Positions 28,601 to 40,600 of a DNA stretch of 64,000 nt are shown in pieces (the stretch's first letter is position 1; every line of letters starts with the position of its first letter). The notes under the pieces were generated by a model. It did not search any database and was not told the DNA's origin. It saw only the letters and a program-made list of their open reading frames with translations. The translations under genes and the position numbers were made by a program. Origin of the DNA: Lytechinus pictus (lineage: Eukaryota); NCBI RefSeq assembly GCF_037042905.1, contig NC_087250.1, positions 8,806,001-8,870,000 on the forward strand. Reading direction: 5' to 3'.

Positions 28601-31600
28601 TGAATCAGGTTTGTGAAAACTGTTCCAAAGGTACCTTGTGTATAATAACTCTTACTATTGCCCTCAGTGACATGTATTATATGTATAATATGAAGTTATT
28701 TGCCATTAGAGAAAAAAGTTCCAATTCCAAATCAATCACAAGAACTGTTCCAAAAAGAATTAAAAGTGTGTACTTGGTGTAAGAAAAGGTAATAAAAAAT
28801 AGGTCCATGACATGGATGACGTTTTACGACGTCATTTGCCAGTAAAAATAAGACAAAAGTGGGCAAAATAATGAAAATCAGGGTCGGCCGACAGATTTTG
28901 GGGGGTCAAATTTGAATAACATAAAAGTTGGCAGGTTTGACAAGGGTCGGTTAGATCGTAGCAAAAATTTTTGTTTTGCCTTACCAAGAGTGAGGTTGAC
29001 AGTTCCATCACAGATGTCCTGCCCTCCAATTCCAACTAGAGAGAACTTCATTTCGCGTCCAAGCTCGACGCAGTAGTTACAGTTCTCAATCTTCTTCATC
29101 TTAGCGGCCATCTTGTACGGAGGTCTGTTGACCTTTTCCCAGTTGACGATACCAGGGTTGACGATGTCAAACAGCTAATTAATAAGAATAATAGCAATAA
29201 TAATAATCATGATGATAACAATGATAATAATGCTCATAGTAATAATAATTATAATCATCACTCTCATTATCACCACTATCATCCATCATCATTATAAAAT
29301 CAATGCCCCCAATCGTCCTAATTGTCATCATCATCACCATCATCATTCTCATTACCATTACCACCATCATTACAATGTCATCATCATCATCATCATCATC
29401 ATCCTCATCCTCATCATCATCATCATCATCATCATCCTCTTCATCATCAGCATCATCATCACGTTATCATCTTCATCATCCTCCTCCTCCTCCTCTTCAT
29501 CATCATCATCATCATCACCATCACCACCATCATTAACAGCAGCATCATCATCATCACCATCACCACCATCATTAACAGCATCATCATCAACAGCAACATC
29601 ATTATCAGCAGCATCATCATCATCTTTCTGATCATTAAAATCATCAACACCATCATCACCGCTACCATCTTCATGATCACCAACACCACAATCATCATCC
29701 TCATCATCATCATCAGCATCACTATCGTCATCATCATCTTCATCATCACCACCATCATCAACAGCAACATCATCATCATCACCACCATCATCATCATGTT
29801 ATCATCTTCATCCTCATCATCATCTTCCTGATCATTATAATCATCACCACCATCATCATCATCATCATCTTTCTGATCATCATCACCATCATCTGAACGC
29901 AACCGCTTCACTGCAGACATCACTGACCTCTAATAGGACAAGACCGTTGGACAGATCGCTGTAAAGGTGATTCACATACGGTTTCACGTTCAGACTGTTC
30001 ATCCAGTTGCGGTATGCTAATTACCGAAAGATAAAACAACAACAACAAATGGTCGCTGGGCTGTTCTAACCGGTGACACATTTGCTCCAGTTACAATTGC
30101 CCCGGGCTTTATTTCGTTTAAGATATAGGGTTAAGGTTAGGGTCACAATAGGGTTTTATGTTAGGTTTAGGGTATGGTATAGTGTTAAATCCAGGGTTTT
30201 AGTTGGTCATTCTATCAATGTGTGGAATTTACAGCGGAGCAATTATCGCCGGAGCAAATGTCATGGAATCGTTAAAACCATATTTCGGTACATTATTTAC
30301 AAGAAGACAACAGAACAGATGGTCGCTGGGCTGTTAAAACCATATTACGGTACATGTATGTGACTTAAAAGAAGACAAAACAACAAATGGTAGCTGGGCT
30401 GTTCAAACAATATTAAGGTATGACATTTAGAAGACAACAAAAAAAATGGTCGCTGGGCTGTAAAAACCATATTACGTATTTTCTAAATAATATTAAATAC
30501 TGTTTGTGACAGATCTTATGGAGACTCTAGAAAGAATGGTTGCCGCCTATCATTTTCTGGGAATGTCAGGGGCAATTTGGGGAGTCACGCATCCCCTCAG
30601 GAAAAATACAATTTTGACTTACTCTTCTCCTCCCGTGTTTCTTCAATGTTTTCATAGTCCATTTCCTCTGTGGGGACAAGGCCATGGTAGTGGTTGAAGA
30701 GGTTAGCCACAAAAGCCATATTCAGCTTGGAGTTCCCAGAAACAATATCCTACAAAAAAAAACAATAACAACTATTATTTATCTAGGGCAGGGGTTCTCA
30801 AACTTTTTCTTTGAAGGGCCAGATGAGACTCCAAGTATACCTGAAAGGGCCACGGTAAAGTGGATACTTAGAAAAAAAATGTGCGCGAAGCGCAAAGACC
30901 CTATTGCGGTCGGGGTCCTAGATGCTCTCTTGTGCAATCTGGCTGTTGTCTTATTTTGGGAGCATTTAATCCAACAAATTTATAACAGTTTCATTTGGAA
31001 CGCAGGCAAAATTAGAAAAGATTTCAAAATACAGCGAGAGTCAATATTGATAACAAAATTGTAATAATTTGTTAAAAGGAATCTAGATTGTATACCTTTA
31101 CATACCTGGTATTGGGAGTTAGATAATGTCTTGAAGTATCAATATTTTTCGTAGTCAAAGTAAAATGAATAATAGAGCATGTCTGTTGTAGACTCTCACA
31201 AGGATGTCAGTCTCCTATAGTCACTTTCAATATGGGAAAAGTGACAGTCTGTCAGCAACAAGTTGCTTGTCACAAAAGGTGTAATTGCCAGACGAAGGCA
31301 CTGGTGCAAAATCAATGTTCACTGGTCAAGCAGGGGCCGCGGAAGCGGGGGGGGGGGGGGGGGGAGTGGGGCTTCACCCCTCACTTTTTTTTCCAAAACC
31401 ATGTGTACAAAAACGTAAAAATTACCATATGATTGTGATTTTTTGCATGGCCAGCCCCCCCCCCCCCCACTTTGAAAACCGTTCCGCGGCCCCTGTCAAG
31501 GTACTTCGGTATGAATTAGTTCTTTAAAATGTTCATTGTGGAAAATGCACTTTCGCACCTGTATGTAGATCCAAACATGGTGAGAACAACGCTATAGTCA

Positions 31601-34600
31601 TCTAATAATTAGAAAGTAGATCGAACAGACAGCTGCTCCACTAAACTTTGTTTAAAAGTCAAATTAATTTGACTGCCATTACTTTTATTACGGTTAGGTC
31701 TACATGAATACACAATGTAATCACATTGATCTATGTTTCATATTGTGACTTAAAAGTGATTTAAAAAAAAACCCAGCAGAGTCTCGCGGGCCGGATTGAG
31801 AAGCTTCGCGGGCCGGATCCGGCCCGCGGGCCGTAGTTTGAGAACCCCTGATCTAGGGTACGTGTTTCATGAACTGTTCTCCCAGTGGGCCCTGCATAAC
31901 ATACTTATGCCACTGAGCCATGGTCATTAAATTATTAGGCAATAAATGATTAGGCTATTAAGGAAAGTGGTTGCAGCAAACAAAGATTCCACGAAAAGTC
32001 TTTATAAATCACGGTTAATCGTCACATCTTTGATGATCAACATCTACCTGTGGTTTCTTTACCTAAATCCTACTCTGTGAAATAGAATACAAAGGATTTG
32101 GTCTCTCAAAATATTCTCAAGAATATTCTAATACTTATAACGATCTTGATAATTGTTATGGCGCATTACTATGCCTTTGATTTTTCTGAAGATGTGAACA
32201 ATGTTTACTTCCTTATCTTAATATGCTATGGGGCATAATTTAAGTTTTATTTTGAATTATTACTATAAGGCCTTGTTTCTGTTACTATATGAACACTTTA
32301 TTTCGAGCCATGTTTTACTTCATACAGTATCTTAAATATCTGCTAGGGTATTTAAACATCTTCAAATATCCTTTGTTTATGCTTAGTTTTTACTATGTAT
32401 TCTTTTCTGCTAATGTATATTTATATGCAAATGTAACACTATATTGTTGTCAAAATGAATATTATTTTACATGGTGAGAGTGAATAAAACAAAATCATAA
32501 AAATTATAAGCTAAAAAAAAAAAATCATACTGATGATTGCCAACGCAGATAAGCACATCTGGGCTAATGTATCATCATTGCTAAGAAAAAAAGACCCAAA
32601 ATGAAACCACTGATCTGAAACAACTGGATAGAGCGACAAAGCACTCTACCCAGGGGTCAGCGGAAACACTTGAACCTATCTAAACTGGGCTATTTCGGAC
32701 CAGAATAACTTGGGGGGGTCTATTTGAGCCCCCCCCCCCTCAGATCTCGGCCTCTGATTGCGCGATTGCCGCGAAAATTAGCATGCAAGTAGAGCAGGAT
32801 GTAAACTACAAGAGTATGGTAAAATTTTCAAAAAAATAATTGCTTATATTCTCTATTATTAATTATGCAAATAAGCGTATGAAATTTGCCCTAAGTATGT
32901 TTTTTGTGTATGTTTTTGCCTTTAACTCAATTTATATAGCTAGAAGAATGCTAATTTTTGGTGGGAGTATCAATTATTACATTTCTAACCAACATCTACA
33001 AAAAAATTGCAAAAATATAAATAATTTCTTATGTATTTTATTGTTTTTTTAATTCTTATGTATTTTTTTGTTTTTATCAAACCTTTTTTTAAATTGTTTT
33101 TTCCGATGCACTTTGTTGGGGACCCTTTTGTGATCATAAATAGCATAAAATAAATCCATTTAAGGACGTTCCACAGTTAAAGTGAAATCCATGTCATTTT
33201 CACCAAACTTTGCACATAGATACTTTAGAACCTTAATATTCGAAATATGCAAAAATTAACATAGGTCCATGTGCTTGATTTTTTGCTATAGAGCTTCAAA
33301 GTTCACCCAAATTGATGTTCTTAAGAATTGCGCATTCAAAAGAATTTGGCATTTTTATACCGCCCAAGATTACTACAATGAGTTTAAACCTCCATTACTC
33401 ATTCAAAATACATGAAAAAGTCATCAAATTTCGCAAGAGAGTTAATAATTGTATCGTTAGAATGGAGAATCTATTAATAGTGCTATTTGTTTGCAATTTT
33501 AAGTTTAACAGCATTGTCAGTTCTTAAAAATGGCGTAAAAGATAACAAAATCCCAATCTAAAAAATGTAAAATTTCAGTAACAAACTACAAACGTACAAT
33601 AAATGCTGCACTTTATTCAAAATCCATGTCATTTTCACCAAAATTTGCAGAGTTGTAGAGGAAGGTATACCTAAGAGGTACAAACATAAAAAAATAGGGG
33701 TTCATGTGCTTGTTTTTAAACTATCAGCATTTTTATTAGAGCAAATGTGCTTTTTAAAACACCAAAAATGGGCCGAATGATTAGTATCTATGTGAAGAAA
33801 AAATCAAAACCACTTTACCATTTATTCAAACTCGGGCTAATATTCGTGATTCTTGGCAGCACTGCAGAGTAAAGTATTTTGAAATTGTAGAGAATATTTT
33901 TTTGAATGGTCCATGGAATAATTCAATTTTTTAGCTTCATGAAATAACGCATCGGATCTGCAGTTAAAGTGCAGAAGATGAGAAAAATCAGCTCATACCC
34001 GCAGCTAATTAATCACCTGTTCATCCATTGTGACGTCAGCGCGCAGAGTGTAAACTATGCGCAGATCATAATGCGCACAAATATAACTGTGGAACGTCCT
34101 TAAACCAACAAAAAGTAAAAATATTCATAAATTTATGATTTTTGGTTAAAAAACACAATTTGCATTGACTTTGTACACGGAATCATGTTTTTGAGCAATT
34201 TCGGGTCTGACATGCACTTTCAAAATGTTGCGTAATTTCAGAACCGCTTACCCAGGCGTCACAAATTTGGTCTCAAATGATGCGCAAGGCTTGAAAGTAA
34301 AAAGTCAGTGAGCGGCGCGGTCAAAAAATTTAGCGCGGCCGCATAGTGACAAAATTGGTTGAGGGGGGGTCAAAGTGACCCCCCACCCCCTGTTTAAGGG
34401 CTAAAGCATACTCCAAAATGTTGAGCGCGCACAAAGTTCCACACCTTTTTTCTCCTGCCAGTGCATACATGTATGTGCGTGTTGTTTCTAATGTGTTAGT
34501 ATGGCCCCATATACTACTAGTTATGTTATGGAGTACTCTTCCTGTATCTTCAAGGTCGAGGCAACATACAACAAGCTCTATCCAGTTTTTTTTTATATCA

Positions 34601-37600
34601 ATGATACAACACCCGTGACCTACCTTCGATGTAACAAATGCTCTGCAATCAAGAAGTCCAGCATTGTTAAGGACATCTTCGGCACGAGCATCCAGACTCT
34701 AATAGTTGACAAAAAGAAAGACACAAACAAGGAAAACCGAATTAATAAATTAAAAATAATTGCACTTATTTTGCGCAATATGTACATATGTACTTTACTC
34801 CATTTGCGCACTACATTAATGTTATTATTATTATTACCCTGGCTATAGCCGAGCTGCCTACAGGCGCTCTGGCATTCGAGGAATTTCTTCCTACCGGGTG
34901 CTTGTTCACCTCACCTGGGTTTGGTGCAGCACAATGTGGGTAGATTTTGACCCTAAATGACCTTTGACCTTGTCATGTGACTTGAAACTCGGGCAGGATG
35001 TTCAGTAATACTTCATTGCCCTTGTGTCCAAGTTTCATGAACTAGGTCCATATATTTTCTAAGTTATGATGACATTTCAAAAATTTAACCTTAGGTTAAG
35101 ATTTTGATGTTGACTCCCCCATCATGGTCTAAGTTCATTGACCCTAAATGACCTTTGACCTTGGTCATGTGACTTGAAAGTCAGGCAGGATGTTCAGTAA
35201 TACTTGATTACCCTTATGTCCAAGTTTCATGAACTGGGTCCATATACTTCCCAAGTTATGATGAAATTTCGCCGCCGTAGGAAAAGCGAAACCCATAGTC
35301 TCGCTCTGCTATGCAGGCGAGACAAAAATGTAATCAATAAAACCAATAAATGAATAAATTACCAAATCTCAAAGTAAAAAGAAAAAAACAAATTGAAACA
35401 AAGATGTGCACCTCCATATAGAGGAAACAACAACTGATATACAGAGTGGAAATATCTAGAAATCAAAAAGGTGGGTCGTTAGCAAGGTCTAAAATTAATC
35501 TAAGGAGTATCATGTTACATGTACTTTGTACAATAATATTCCATGGTTTTATTAGTGAAATTAATAAAGTTAAACATTAAAGGTAAAAGAAAATAATTGC
35601 AGCAAATAACCGTTTCATGAGAAAGTCTTTTAAATCAAGGTTAATTGTCACCGTATCATCATATCACTAGATCGGCGGCCCGTTGCAGAAAGAGTTGCAA
35701 TCAATCGCAACTCTAAAAATCATGCGCAACTTGATTTTCAACCAATCAACAGCGCACATTTGGGACTTATGATTGATTTTTTGGCTTGCGTTTAAACGCA
35801 ACTATTTCTGCAACGGGCCCCTGGTACATTAATATAAACTCATCTTTTAGAATTCATGAAATCTTCACTCAAAACCAACAATTATGATGATCATTAAAAC
35901 AGAAAAGCATACATAGGACAGTGTATTAATTTTCAAGCATGATATTCCCCTCTTAAAAAAATCGGAAAATTAGCCAAGGGTCGCTAAGTCACCGCCGAAG
36001 TCCAAGGCGCCCCAGTCGGGGTTACAAGCTCTTGCATATTAAAGAAATCGAAAGTGATTTTTCAAGGCGAGTCTGCATGATAGTTTTGTCATTTGACTTT
36101 AAAAAGCAGTAAGACACAGCATAAGAATGTTCTTAAGCAAAGGATTTTACATAAAAAAATAAAACAAATAAAAATAAATAAATAAATGAATAAAAAATTA
36201 TTTTTTTTAATATTTAAAAAAATCAGAATTCCAATTTAAATCGGGAATCTATCATGCCTGTAATATTGCCTTGAAAAATACCAGACATTTGATGGAATTG
36301 CGTGCTTATTGTGCTCATTTCTCAGCAATTTCACATTTTTGTCCAGAGCCATTTGGCAAATATTTTTCATTCATACATACCGATCTGTTGTGTTCTAGAG
36401 TGTAGTGCAGGGCAATGTCTTTGGGCGCTATCTGTCTCATAAGGCAGTAGTACACCTCGGAATCCTTGATATCCTCGGAAAAGTTTTTAATGCGGCGAGC
36501 AGATCCTGTAATTAATGGAATCAGAGAAGAAAATTTACATCCATGGGTGTCTCGTAGTGCTGTTATCGATAACCTCTTTATCGCAAGTCCTATCGATAAA
36601 CGCATGTTTTTGCCACTGAGCGATATATTGATAACCTTTCTCTTGTAATCAGGGGTGTGAGTGGTCACAAATAAAAAGATCTGAAAAAAGCTGAAGAGTG
36701 TTGAAAAAGTCTGAAATAGAAAGAGCTCCCATACTTTTTGTACAGAGGAAAGCCAAAAATAAGCTGAAATTAAGCTGAAAATCAAAACAACAAAATCTGA
36801 AATCAGATAAAAATCTGAACTCTCACACCCCTGCTTGTTGTTGACAATACCCACTATTATGTAGTACAGTAAAGTTCCTCCGCATTCGCACTTTTCGCAG
36901 TAGCGGCCTTTTTTTTTTCTCCATAAAATACCGCTGCTGGCCCACTGTGGCATGCACGAATGCAAAGTCACAAGTGTGGGAAATGGTCAATTGATAAATG
37001 AATATACAAGGGGAAACCCAGCTCAACCGGCCAGTAATAACAGTCTAATTGCTCCAGCTGTTAGCGATGTTTTTAGCCTCACAGGTAAATTTCCTTCTGT
37101 TTAGTTCGTATGGGTGTTATTCATTTCTTCATGTTCCTAAGTTCAGAAAGTAAAAAAGTTGGACTGACAGTGCACAATCTGCGTCGCTGGTTACGCTATG
37201 TTGGCGTCGCCCAAGCCTAGCCTAAAGCTACGGCACAGACGTGGACACTATAGGTTGTGAAAGGAATGACCCGAAAATGAAAATGCATTCGATATTCATT
37301 GTTACTTGTTTTTATAATAAGGGAGACACAAGCATGAAAATATGAAATAATTATGATTTCATGTAATAACATAAGAAAAAGCAAAGTGGGGATGTGAAAA
37401 CATCAGCCCAGCGAATAAATATTGAATGATGACGCAAGCCAGACTCAAGCACCGCAGGCAGCTGATTTTAATAGATTTAAGCCAAAATATTTAGCAAAAA
37501 ATGGCAATTTAATACCGAAGATGGTTAAGTATTTTACTTGAGCAAAATGCTGAGTAACATACTTAAAATTCTGTCTTAAGTTTTGAATTGAATACCAGGG

Positions 37601-40600
37601 GGTGTTTTACAAAGATTTAAGTATGACTTAGGAGTCGCACTTAAATGCCCAGTTGTGTGCGGTTTTAAAGGCATAACCGCACTGGTCAGATCATGCAAAG
37701 AGGACACGCACTACTGCGTATTGATCAATTAGATTGCGCGTTGCATTTCAGATACATGTCGACATTTAAGTGCCATTTACGTCATTTTTAAATCTTTGTG
37801 AAAAACCCCCCAGCTCAGGGGGTCGTTTCATAAAGAATTGAATATGACTTAAAATGTCTAGTGCTGACGCCAACAGGAAGTGTAACTAGCGTTCTTATTC
37901 ATTAATACACAGTAGCATGTGTCCTCTAAGCATGATTTGACCAATGCGGCGTTGCCTTTTATATGGTCCACAAATTGACATTTAGTGCGACTCATATGTG
38001 GTGTGAATTATATTTTCCCATGACATATGTTGTGCTCTGAAGGAGGCAAGATGCAATTTGAAAGATAATGAGGAAAATCTGTAAATTTGTGTACAAAATA
38101 AATGGAGAGTTGTCCACAAAATCAGCCATTTTGAAGCATGTTTGCCAATTTGAGGATCCCCAAAGAAAGTACAAGACTTTTTGAACGTTTATAACTTGCT
38201 TATTTCATAACCGATTTTGATGAAACTTTTTTTAATTTGTTCCTCTCATTTTACTCTTCCCAATAAGATTGCTTCTCTTCTTGGGTTTTGATTTCCTTTA
38301 ACACTTAAATGCCCAGTTGTGTGCGGTGTTAAAGGCATAACCGCATTGGTCAGATCATGCAATGAAGACACGCACTACTACGTATTGATCAATTAGATAA
38401 AGCGTTGCATTTCAGATACGCGTCAACATTTAAGTGCCATTTACGTCATATTTAAATCTTTGTGAAACCCCCCCCCCCTCAGGGGGTTGTTTCATAAAGA
38501 ATTGAATATGACTTTAAAAGTCATGTCTAGTGCCGACACCAACAGGAAGTGTAACTAGCATTCTTATTGATAAAATACGCAGTAGCGTGCGTCCTCTAAG
38601 CATGATTTGACCAATGCGGCGTTGCCTTTTATATGGTCCACAAATTGACATTTAGTGCAACTCATATGTGGTGTGAATTATATTTTCCCATGACATATGT
38701 TGTGCTCTGAAGGAGGCAAGATGCAATTTGAAAGATAATGAGGAAAATCTGTAAATTTGTGTACAAAATAAATGGAGAGTTGTCCACAAAATCAGCCATT
38801 TTGAAGCATGTTTGCCAATTTGAGGATCCCCAAAGAAAGTACAAGACTTTTTAAACGTTTATAACTTGCTTATTTCATAACCGATTTTGACGAAACTAAT
38901 TTTAATTTGTTCCTCTCATTTTACTCTTCCCAATAAGATTGCTTCTCTTCTTGGGTTTTGATTTCCTTTAACTCTTTGAGAAACACCCCCCCCCCCCACG
39001 GAATCCGAACCTCACCGTCTTGTTCAAGATGGTAATTGACCCATCTGATAAGGAGTTCCTCAGGAGACAGTTTCTTGAGATCCTCTAGCTCTTCACCCTC
39101 GTTCAGAAGAAGGATCAGCTCGGGCCGGAATTGAAGATCGATGTTCGCAAATAGTCCAATCTGTGTGGAGTCAATACAAACAGACAATGAATTATCGCAT
39201 TTGATATAAGTCGGGCTTGAATTGAAGATCCATGGTTGGGCTTGAATTGAAGATCAATGTTCGCAAACAGTCCAATCTGTGTGGAGTCGATACAAAAGGG
39301 CAATGAATTATAATGGATGTAATTTAGGCTTGAATTGAAGATTACTGTTCAGGCTTGAATTGAAGATCCACGTTCGCAAACGGTCCAATCTGTGTGGAGT
39401 CAATACAAAAGGGCAATGAATTATCACAATTGATGCATTCATGTATATAATGGATATAATTTAGGCTTGAATTGAAGATCACTGTTCGGGCTTGAATTGA
39501 AGATCTGTGTTCAGGCTTGAATTAAGCATCAATGTTTGGGCTTGTATTGAAGGTCAAGGTTTGGGCTTGAATTGCAGTTCAATGTTCGCAAACAGTCCAA
39601 TCTATGTGGAGTCAATACAAAAAGACAATGATATCGCATTTGATACATACATAGGATATAATTTTGGCCCGTTGGAAAATGCCTATTTTTCAATGATCCG
39701 TCAAATACATGTGGGCATTTTCACGGTAACTGACGTTACACGGCACAATTTTACACACAATGAAAAGTGTGTAAAATTGTGCCGTGTAACGTCAGTTACT
39801 GTGAAAATGCCCATGTAGGTAGAAATCAAGCTTGTTTCCAAGCAACTTTTTCTCGACCATGCGTCATTCATACTTTACGCATAAAGTTTCACATGGAAGA
39901 GGAAAAGATGGATATTCAAGATATAATAAACTTTGTTTTCCAAATAGATCAGTAGAAGCCAGAAAAACTCACTAGGTGGTTTCAAACCGCCTCGATCACA
40001 AGAATCCCCGTTAAATTACGAGAACCTTTTTAGGCTGAAAAATACCCATTCATTATTCCTGCATTCACACCGCCCTGAAACATACCCTTCGGGATAAGTT
40101 CCTGAAGTTACGAGCATGCGCAGTATGGTCTGATAAGCAGCAAGGCGCGAAATTCAAAATCACTAGCCCAGCAGCAACCCATGCACGGCGCCGCACCCAA
40201 CGACACGCTGGGCTAAAAGTTCCCGTAATTTGCTTTCAGACCGCCAAAATACCCACGACCTTGGAAAAATCCCCGCGAAAGTTCTCGTAATTTCGCCAAG
40301 TACCTACTATTTATCGGGTATTTTCTTTCGGGGATATTACGCGTAGTTTGCTTTCAGACCGCCAAAATACCTGGTATTTTCTGATCGGGGTAAATTTCCC
40401 GATCAGAGAATACCTGGAACTGGCGAACTTCGAGGCGGTCTGAAACCACCTAGTGAAAATCAATTTGCTTGTGCAAATGAATATTTGATAGCACCCCTTT
40501 CCATTGTTCTAACTCGGTCATGCATGCGTAATGAACGTTGAGACAGGCTTCAAAAATGAAAGAAGAAAAGCATATCTTTCCACTGATACATTACATGAAG

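Noticed and set aside
27826..28755. CRISPR-like array
   Set aside because: Whole ~91-bp units repeat with no unique spacers; it lies in a eukaryotic intron with no cas genes.
29179..29923. Poly-His/Ser/Ile/Met ORFs (also 14127-14520, 50453-50877, 61785-62367)
   Set aside because: Stop-free frames produced by trinucleotide microsatellites.
30120..30200. Interstitial telomere (TTAGGG-like; also ~14550-14610)
   Set aside because: Short, degenerate motifs internal to a dispersed repeat, not a telomeric array.
36315..36971. 218-aa ORF as an independent gene
   Set aside because: Only 36381-36505 is plastin exon 7; the rest is intronic or repeat read-through.
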